The position numbers and the translations under genes are program-made. Positions 57,460 to 64,000 of a DNA stretch of 64,000 nt are shown one piece after another; the stretch's first letter is position 1, and each line of letters opens with the position of its first letter. The DNA is from Betaproteobacteria bacterium (GTDB lineage Bacteria; Pseudomonadota; Gammaproteobacteria; Burkholderiales; SG8-41). The stretch covers positions 12,871 to 76,870 of the forward strand of contig JAKFYK010000013.1 in the NCBI GenBank assembly GCA_021730905.1. Direction: 5' to 3'. The notes below the pieces were generated by a model. It had not been told where the DNA came from. It worked only from the letters and a program-made list of their open reading frames with translations, and did not search any database.

Positions 57460-58176
57460 TCAGCGGCTCGCGCGCAGACGGGCGCGCAGGCGCGCTATCG
57501 CCTGTGTGTGCATCTGGCAAACACGGGACTCACTGACACCGAGCACTTCGCCGATTTCGCGCATGTTCAATTCATGCTCGTAATACAGCCCCATCATTTT
57601 TTTCTCGCGATCGGGCAACGCCTCGATGGCGTCAACCAGCATCTGCCGCTCATCAGCGTCAAGCAATGATTGCAAGGGATTCGGGCGATCATCCGCATAG
57701 GAGGCATCGATCGCATTCTCCTCGCCATGGCTTTCCAGGTCTTCGCTTGACACCAGTTGATAGCCACGCGCATCCAGCAATAGCTGTTGGTACTCCGCCA
57801 GCGGGATATTCAGTGCATCGGCAAGCTCCTGCTCAAGCGGTGGCCGGCCATGCTTTTGTTCCAGCTTGCTGATCATCACTTCCACCTGTCGCAGACTTTT
57901 GCGCAAGGTCCGCGGCAACCAGTCAGATTGACGCAAGCCATCGAGCATTGCGCCGCGTATGCGTTGTACGGCGTACGTCTCAAACTGGGCGCCATAAGTA
58001 TTCTTGAAGCGTTTCGCCGCATCCAGCAGTCCAAGCATGCCAGACTGGATGACATCGTCCAGTTCAACGCTGGGCGGCAGCGACACCATCATGTGAAGTG
58101 CAAGCCGCTTCACCAACGGCGCGAATTGGGAAATGCACAGATCCACTTGCGATTCATAGGTAACAATATCGTTCAT
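57460..58176 (-). CDS. fliA: Flagellar sigma factor sigma-28
   Basis: I chose the ATG at 58176, directly after the flhG stop. Region 2 reads DDVIQSGMLGLLDAAKRF...FETYAVQRIRGAMLD, and region 4 reads LNMREIGEVLGVSESRVCQMHTQAIARLR. Confidence 0.93.
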   Translation of the reverse strand: MNDIVTYESQVDLCISQFAPLVKRLALHMMVSLPPSVELDDVIQSGMLGLLDAAKRFKNTYGAQFETYAVQRIRGAMLDGLRQSDWLPRTLRKSLRQVEVMISKLEQKHGRPPLEQELADALNIPLAEYQQLLLDARGYQLVSSEDLESHGEENAIDASYADDRPNPLQSLLDADERQMLVDAIEALPDREKKMMGLYYEHELNMREIGEVLGVSESRVCQMHTQAIARLRARLRASR

Positions 58177-58177
58177 C

Positions 58178-59053
58178 TCAAACTCCGGCATTCGCGAGTA
58201 CGGGTGAGCTACCCGCGCGCACACTTTGCATAAAACGGTCTATAAGGCCATGTCTGGCTCGGGCACCCGGCCAGCCGGCAATGGCATCGGCTATACCGCG
58301 AAACCGCGCCGCGGATGGCGACGACGGATAAGCATCCAGTACAGGACAAGGCCTGATACTGGCGAGCCGCAGACTTTCGTCCTTCGGTACGCAACCCAGG
58401 GATTCGATGGGCAATTGCAAATGGCTGCGCGCAAGACCCAGCAGATTGTCCAGAATGACGCGCGCATTCCCCTCGGCGACTACGCGGTTGAGCAGTACAT
58501 GAAAGCGGTGTTGTCCGTCAGCGTTATGCAACCGTTTGATCAGTGCATAGGACGCCGTCACAGCCCGGGTAGCGGCAGACGAGACGACGATGGTGTCATG
58601 GAGCACGTCGACAAACATTTCCGTGCTGCCGGCCTGGCCGCAGGGCGTATCGACCAGCACCACGTCAAAACGACGGTCAACGCCGCCAAAATTCGCGATC
58701 AACCTCTGCTTTGCCACAGAAGGCAATGCGTGTAATACGCCCGCTGCGGGAAAAACAATCACCCCGTAAGCCGTTGGCACCAGTGCCTCTTCGATGGCAA
58801 ATTCGTGGCACATCGTCGGTTCCAACGCGACGCATGGCGGCACACCGAGCATGGCACTGCTGCTTGCGGGCCCGCGGTTCTCGTCGATCAACAACACACG
58901 AGCGCCTCGGGCCGCGAGTACTGTCGCAAGATTTACCGCCACACTGGACTTGCCAACACCGTTGCAACCAGACACCAGCGTAATAATTCTCGCCGTATTT
59001 CGAGCCAGCATGCGGCGCAATCCTTCGGCCTGATCTCCGCGAAGTTCAGCCAT
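58178..59053 (-). CDS. flhG: MinD/ParA-type flagellar number regulator FlhG (FleN)
   Basis: It has the N-terminal DQAEGLRRM motif and a deviant Walker A motif (SGCNGVGKSSVAVNLA). Confidence 0.9.
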   Translation of the reverse strand: MAELRGDQAEGLRRMLARNTARIITLVSGCNGVGKSSVAVNLATVLAARGARVLLIDENRGPASSSAMLGVPPCVALEPTMCHEFAIEEALVPTAYGVIVFPAAGVLHALPSVAKQRLIANFGGVDRRFDVVLVDTPCGQAGSTEMFVDVLHDTIVVSSAATRAVTASYALIKRLHNADGQHRFHVLLNRVVAEGNARVILDNLLGLARSHLQLPIESLGCVPKDESLRLASIRPCPVLDAYPSSPSAARFRGIADAIAGWPGARARHGLIDRFMQSVRAGSSPVLANAGV

Positions 59054-60179
59054 AAGCGCCTCCCGCCGCCACTGCGAGCGGAAATTCTTCTTCCTGCAGT
59101 CCGTGCGTATTGGCGTTTTTAGCCGTCCGCAGGGCGCGGTCCAGCAGATAGTCCGGATTCGGAAGGTGGATGTCTTCGGGAACGTTCTGGCCGTTGGTTA
59201 CATAGTTCAACGTCAAGCGATGACGGATCGCGCAATCCAGCGCCGTTGCCAAACTGGCCGATTCATCGAGCTTGGTAACGATACAGCCGTGCAATCCACC
59301 TTTTGCGTACGACGCTATGACCTCGTCCAGCGTTGCGCCGTTGGCCGTCGCGTTCAGCAACAACAACCGTTTCACCTGCGCGCCGCAAGCCACCAGCAGG
59401 GCACTTTGTTCCGCCACCAGCTGGTCTCGCTGGCTCATACCTACCGTATCAATGAGAACAGTCTTCCTGTCGCGCATTTTGGCCAGTGTCGCGGCCATGT
59501 CGCCGGCATCCTTGACGGCATGCACCGGCACGCCAAGGATCTTGCCGTAAATCCGTAACTGATCGTGGCCGGCAATACGATAACTGTCAGTTGTAATCAA
59601 TCCCAGCTTGGCTGCGCCGTAGCGGACCACGCAACGTGCCGCGAGTTTGGCCACTGTCGTGGTCTTGCCGACACCCGTTGGGCCGACCAGTGCGTACACA
59701 CCACCATCGGAAACCAGTGATTCATGGGACATCACACGCAGTCTGCTTTTAATTTCCACACCGAGCGCCTTGTGCGCGGCCGACCCCGCGGCATGCTCCG
59801 GGACCGCTCCCGCCAGCTCACGCGCCAGCATTGGAGAAAAGCCGGCGTTGATCAACACCCGCATAGCCGCCGCGCGCGCCGGAGCGCCCTGCTTGAGGCT
59901 CGACCATGCCATGCCGGAGATTTCGCGCTGCAACAGCGACTTCATCGCTGAAACCTCACGCATTAGATTCTGCACAATGCCATCGGCAACATTGACTGAC
60001 GCTACGTTCACGGTGGGCGGCGCCACGGCGCCTGCCAGTGCGCCAGCCGACATTGCAGTCAGTTCGATACCGCCCTCAAAAGCACGATTGGCGACGATCA
60101 ATGCGTCCGGGCCGAGCGCCTGCTTGACCTTCTGCAGGACCTCGCGCGATGTTTTACCAACAAACTTTCTGGGAATCAT
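59046..60179 (-). CDS. flhF: SRP-type GTPase FlhF
   Basis: It carries MIPRKFVGKTSREVLQKVKQALGPDALIV, the G1 motif LVGPTGVGKTTTVAKLA, plus DTVGMSQRD and TKLDES. Confidence 0.92.
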   Translation of the reverse strand: MIPRKFVGKTSREVLQKVKQALGPDALIVANRAFEGGIELTAMSAGALAGAVAPPTVNVASVNVADGIVQNLMREVSAMKSLLQREISGMAWSSLKQGAPARAAAMRVLINAGFSPMLARELAGAVPEHAAGSAAHKALGVEIKSRLRVMSHESLVSDGGVYALVGPTGVGKTTTVAKLAARCVVRYGAAKLGLITTDSYRIAGHDQLRIYGKILGVPVHAVKDAGDMAATLAKMRDRKTVLIDTVGMSQRDQLVAEQSALLVACGAQVKRLLLLNATANGATLDEVIASYAKGGLHGCIVTKLDESASLATALDCAIRHRLTLNYVTNGQNVPEDIHLPNPDYLLDRALRTAKNANTHGLQEEEFPLAVAAGGAYG

Positions 60180-62263
60180 GACTTGCTCCCGATAACAGAG
60201 GTAACTTTGATAGAGCGCGCATCGGGTACTTCCGAATGCGCCAGAACTGAGAGGCGCGGGATGCTACGCCTGAGGAAACGCGACAACAGTGCGCGCAACG
60301 GGCTGGGAAGCAGCAGTACTGCCGGCAAGCCGAGTTGTTCCTGCCGGTGCGCTGCCTCTTGCGCGCCGCGCGACAACGTGTCAGCGAGATCCGGCTCGAA
60401 AACCAGACCGTCGGCTGAGCCTGTCTGCATGCTTTGCATCAACAAACGCTCCAGATCGGGATCGAGCGCCATTACCTGAAGGTCCGCCTTGCCTGGGAAC
60501 AGCTGTTGCACGATTGCACGACCCAATGCCACCCGCACCAGTGCCGTGAGTTCGCTCGCATCCTGGGTACGTAACGCATGTGCCGCAACGACTTCCACGA
60601 TGGTGCGCATGTCGCGAATATGCACGTTTTCCTCGAGTAAATTCTGCAGTACCCGCTGCAACGTCACCATCGGCAGCAGTTTGGGCACGACGTCCTCGAC
60701 CAGCTTTGGCGTATCGCGCGACAGATGCTCAATTAACTGTTGCAGTTCCTGCCGGCCCAGAAGATCAGCAGCGCTCGCATGAATCAGTTGGCTGATATGA
60801 GTGGCCACCATGGTGCTGGCATCGACCACGGTGTACCCGTGCTGCTGCGCACTGTCACGTTGCGAAGCATCGATCCATACCGCGGGCAGTCCGAATGCAG
60901 GGTCTTGCGTTACCGTTCCCGGAACCTGCGCAGTAACCCGTCCAGGGTTGATGGCCAGGAACAGTCCCGGCTGCGCCTCGTGCTGCCCTATTTCCACGCC
61001 CTTTAGCGTGATGCGATAACCATTGGGCCGTAGATCCAGGTTGTCACGTATGTGTATGACAGGCGGCAGAAAACCGACGTCTTGGGCGAATTTTCGGCGG
61101 ATCGCCTTGATGCGGCGTAACAGCTCGCCGTCCTGTGTCTTGTCGACCAAAGGAATCAAGCGGAATCCGACCTCCAGCCCCAAAGTATCCACCGGCGTCA
61201 CGTCGCCCCAGCTGACATCATGGGTCTCCGTGACGGGCTGTGGCACGGACGGTGCGCTGGCAACGTTCTGTGCCGCCAGATTACGTTGATGCATGAAGTG
61301 GGCGGCAGCAACAAATGCGGCAGCCAGCAACAGGAATGCAATGTGCGGCATGCCGGGCACCATGCCCATAACCCCGATGATTGCGCCTGTGATTGCCAGT
61401 GCTGACGGTTTGGCCAGTACCTGGGACATCAACTGCTGTCCCGTATTCTGGTCGGTACTGACCCGGCTCACGACCAGGCCTGCGGCCGTGGAGATGATCA
61501 GTGCCGGAATTTGCGCGACCAGTCCATCGCCAATAGTCAGCAGAGTGTAGTTTTTCGCTGCATTCGCGACATCCATCCCGTGCTGCAGCACACCGACGAT
61601 CAGCCCGCCCACGATGTTAATCAAAAGAATAATGATGCCTGCCACTGCGTCTCCGCGCACAAACTTGCTGGCGCCATCCATGGATCCGAAAAAATCAGCT
61701 TCCTGGGCGATAACCGCACGACGCTTGCGCGCTTCCTCTTCGCCGATGAGTCCGGCATTGAGATCAGCGTCAATCGCCATTTGCTTGCCGGGCATCGCAT
61801 CCAGCGTGAACCGCGCGCCGACCTCCGCAATGCGTCCTGCACCCTTGGTAATCACCACAAAATTGATGACGACCATGATGACGAACACCACCAGGCCAAC
61901 TGCGTAATTGTCCCCAACCAAAAAATGCCCGAACGATTCGATCACCTTGCCCGCCGCGCCCGGTCCGGTATGTCCCTCTAGCAGCACGACGCGGGTCGAC
62001 GCAATATTGAGGGACAAGCGCAGCAGCGTGGTCACCAGCAATACCGTTGGGAACACCGCAAAATCAAGCGGCCTCACGGTATTCATGGCAACCAGCAGGA
62101 CCATGATGGAAAACGCGATATTGAATGTGAACAGCATGTCGAGCACGAATGGCGGCAGTGGCAGCACCATCATCGCCAGCAGCATGACGATGAGCAGCGG
62201 CGCTGCCATGCCACGCAGCAGATCCAGGGAGGACATCCGCGACAAGGTCAAGGCGCCGATCAT
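60176..62263 (-). CDS. flhA: Flagellar export gate protein FlhA
   Basis: This 695-aa protein carries VVINFVVITKGAGRIAEVGARFTLDAMPGKQMAIDADLNAG and GSMDGASKFVRGDA. It overlaps both neighbours by 4 nt. Confidence 0.95.
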   Translation of the reverse strand: MIGALTLSRMSSLDLLRGMAAPLLIVMLLAMMVLPLPPFVLDMLFTFNIAFSIMVLLVAMNTVRPLDFAVFPTVLLVTTLLRLSLNIASTRVVLLEGHTGPGAAGKVIESFGHFLVGDNYAVGLVVFVIMVVINFVVITKGAGRIAEVGARFTLDAMPGKQMAIDADLNAGLIGEEEARKRRAVIAQEADFFGSMDGASKFVRGDAVAGIIILLINIVGGLIVGVLQHGMDVANAAKNYTLLTIGDGLVAQIPALIISTAAGLVVSRVSTDQNTGQQLMSQVLAKPSALAITGAIIGVMGMVPGMPHIAFLLLAAAFVAAAHFMHQRNLAAQNVASAPSVPQPVTETHDVSWGDVTPVDTLGLEVGFRLIPLVDKTQDGELLRRIKAIRRKFAQDVGFLPPVIHIRDNLDLRPNGYRITLKGVEIGQHEAQPGLFLAINPGRVTAQVPGTVTQDPAFGLPAVWIDASQRDSAQQHGYTVVDASTMVATHISQLIHASAADLLGRQELQQLIEHLSRDTPKLVEDVVPKLLPMVTLQRVLQNLLEENVHIRDMRTIVEVVAAHALRTQDASELTALVRVALGRAIVQQLFPGKADLQVMALDPDLERLLMQSMQTGSADGLVFEPDLADTLSRGAQEAAHRQEQLGLPAVLLLPSPLRALLSRFLRRSIPRLSVLAHSEVPDARSIKVTSVIGSKS

Positions 62264-63408
62264 TGCTGCGCGCCCTGTGGATCAAGACCGGCAGGAACAT
62301 CAACCGGAGGCAACTGCCGCGGGGCGGTACCGCCATAGTCGCGGTAACGCCGCAACTGGAACACATAGGCCAGTACTTCCGCGACTGCCGAATACAGTTT
62401 TTCCGGTATCTCGGCGCCGATTTCCGCATGGTGATAAATCGCTCTCGCCAACGCAGGCGATTCAAGCACAGGGATGCTATTTTGCTCGCCGATTTCACGA
62501 ATCCGGGCTGCCACCAGATCCGCGCCTTTGGCAACAACGCGCGGCGCATGCATGCCCTTGTCTTCATAGCGCAGGGCAACCGCGTAGTGTGTGGGATTGG
62601 TAACGATCACGGATGCGTTAGGAACTTCAGCCATCATCCGCCGGCGCGCCATGGCGCGCTGCTGGTTACGGATTGCTGCCTTGATCTGCGGATCCCCTTC
62701 GCTCTCTCTTTGTTCCCTGCGCAGTTCCTCACGCGACATTTTGAGGTCGCTGGCGTGACGCCAAATCTGGAACGGCACATCGACGGCGGCAACCAACGCC
62801 AATGTGCCCGCAGCAATCAGGAAACTCATTCCTGCAATCCGGGACATCTGTGCGACACCTGCGTCGAGCGGCAACAGTGCGAGTTGCTGCAGCGGATCCC
62901 GGTAATGCGAGATCACGGCTACGGCAACCACGGTGATCAGTACCGACTTCACCAACGCCTTTACCAGTTCCGCAACGCCGCGCCAGGAAATGATCCGGGC
63001 GGCGCCCGCAATGGGATTGACGCGCTGCCAATCAAAGCGCAGTGCGTTCCATGTGAAAAGCCAACCGCTTAGCAGCTGCGGCACCAAAAACGCCGTCATC
63101 AGCAGGAGCAGCAATAGTGGCGCGATGGCGAACAACGCTTCAAATGAGTGCTCGTGCAGGCGCTGCAACATTTGCCCGGCATCCGGTACCGTGGCCGCAT
63201 CGATGCTCAGGCCCCGCTGCAATAGCGAGCACATTTTCTGGAAAAAATGCGCACCGAAAAACCATAGTCCTCCGGCACCTGCCATCAAAAGGGCAAACGT
63301 GGTCAGTTCCTGGGAACGTGCAACATGGCCCTCCTCGCGTGCCTGCTCCAGACGTCGCGGGGAAGCCGATTCGGTACGTTCGGAATCGTTTTCTTCAGCC
63401 ATAATCAA
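62260..63408 (-). CDS. flhB: Flagellar export switch protein FlhB (full length, NPTH site present)
   Basis: It carries SERTESASPRRLEQAREEGHVARSQEL, MSREELRREQRESEGDPQIKAAIR, and the autocleavage site VIVTNPTHYAVAL. Confidence 0.95.
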   Translation of the reverse strand: MIMAEENDSERTESASPRRLEQAREEGHVARSQELTTFALLMAGAGGLWFFGAHFFQKMCSLLQRGLSIDAATVPDAGQMLQRLHEHSFEALFAIAPLLLLLLMTAFLVPQLLSGWLFTWNALRFDWQRVNPIAGAARIISWRGVAELVKALVKSVLITVVAVAVISHYRDPLQQLALLPLDAGVAQMSRIAGMSFLIAAGTLALVAAVDVPFQIWRHASDLKMSREELRREQRESEGDPQIKAAIRNQQRAMARRRMMAEVPNASVIVTNPTHYAVALRYEDKGMHAPRVVAKGADLVAARIREIGEQNSIPVLESPALARAIYHHAEIGAEIPEKLYSAVAEVLAYVFQLRRYRDYGGTAPRQLPPVDVPAGLDPQGAQQ

Positions 63409-63523
63409 TCATTGAATTCACAGGCAAGTATCCCCGTAACGGGGCAGAAGGAATCCAACAAGAAGGTGGTGAATGGCGGGGCTATTCGAACATTTATCGA
63501 CCACGCGCCGCCGTGGCAGGGAA

Positions 63524-64000
63524 TCAGGACGGCAACGCTTGCGGCGGGATTGGCGCCTCAACACCGTACCATACCGACTCGCCCACAGCGTTCGTTGCCA
63601 CCTTGGTCACGCGATGCGCCACGCCATCGGGTGTCAACCCAAGCAGTTCTCCGACCGCGGCGTAGTCATCGGGCAATGCTGCGTTGTGCCAGCCCAGTGC
63701 CGAGTGACGCGCGACGTCAACTGCATACCCGACGCACAACACACGCGGATTGCGTCCGTGCTGAGCATCCATCAGTGTGTGCAGCAGTTCAGGTAGATCC
63801 CAGGCCTTGACCATCGCCAGTTGCAAATCGATGAGCCGGAATCCCAGCACAGACTGCTGGGCCGTCTCGCTGCGCAGGGTACGGTCACACCTCTGCCGCG
63901 CGGCTATTTCGCCGGCTTGCAACGGTGCAAAACACCACAGCAGCATTTCCGCCAGATCATGAAGCAGCGCGGCAATCATGACTTCCTCCGGGTCCATGTC
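63524..64000 (-). CDS. HDOD-domain protein (N-terminus beyond window edge)
   Basis: The ORF is open to the window end. It carries AALLHDLAEMLLW, LGFRLIDLQLAMVKAWDLPELL and VDVARH. Confidence 0.7.
   Translation of the reverse strand, partial: DMDPEEVMIAALLHDLAEMLLWCFAPLQAGEIAARQRCDRTLRSETAQQSVLGFRLIDLQLAMVKAWDLPELLHTLMDAQHGRNPRVLCVGYAVDVARHSALGWHNAALPDDYAAVGELLGLTPDGVAHRVTKVATNAVGESVWYGVEAPIPPQALPS

Overview
This window is almost entirely one flagellar and chemotaxis super-locus from a Gram-negative bacterium. Gene order and protein flavour suggest a betaproteobacterium, and the FlhF/FlhG pair suggests polar-type flagellation; both points are inference.

Gene content, left to right:
- 1-9180: a c-di-GMP and two-component signalling block. 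It holds an HDOD-GAF protein, a REC-PAS-GGDEF-EAL protein, a REC-PAS-HisKA_3 kinase with a NarL-type regulator, and two GGDEF cyclases.
- 9.4-16.8 kb: fliC-flaG-fliD-fliS-fliT, then an overlapping FliK-like / FlhB-C-terminal-like gene pair, then a YcgR-like PilZ gene.
- 16.9-32.2 kb, minus strand: a ~15 kb chemotaxis block. Order is cheY, cheZ, cheZ-like, cheY-like, cheA, cheW, mcp, a stand-alone Cache gene, mcp, mcp, cheR, cheD, cheB.
- 32.4-43.7 kb: fliE divergent from fliFGHIJKLMNOPQR.
- 43.8-55.4 kb, minus strand: an orphan lipoprotein gene followed by flgLKJIHGFEDCB.
- 55.4-57.4 kb: flgA, flgM, flgN.
- 57.5-63.4 kb, minus strand: fliA-flhG-flhF-flhA-flhB.
- Right edge: a truncated HDOD gene.

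I saw no rRNA, tRNA, CRISPR array, IS element or phage genes.

Most notable observations:
1. A ~1.5 kb essentially perfect direct repeat gives two MCP genes identical signalling cassettes. A third MCP carries a mosaic copy of the same cassette.
2. FlgJ carries a tandemly duplicated muramidase domain.
3. A second CheY-like gene sits next to an unannotatable gene with a CheZ-like active-site motif and a C-terminal Phe.
4. A second FliK-like gene is translationally coupled to a stand-alone FlhB C-terminal fragment mimic.
5. A secreted single-Cache protein is wedged between MCP genes.
6. A near-consensus sigma-28 promoter lies in front of a GGDEF cyclase.

All domain calls come from reading the translations by eye; no searches were run.
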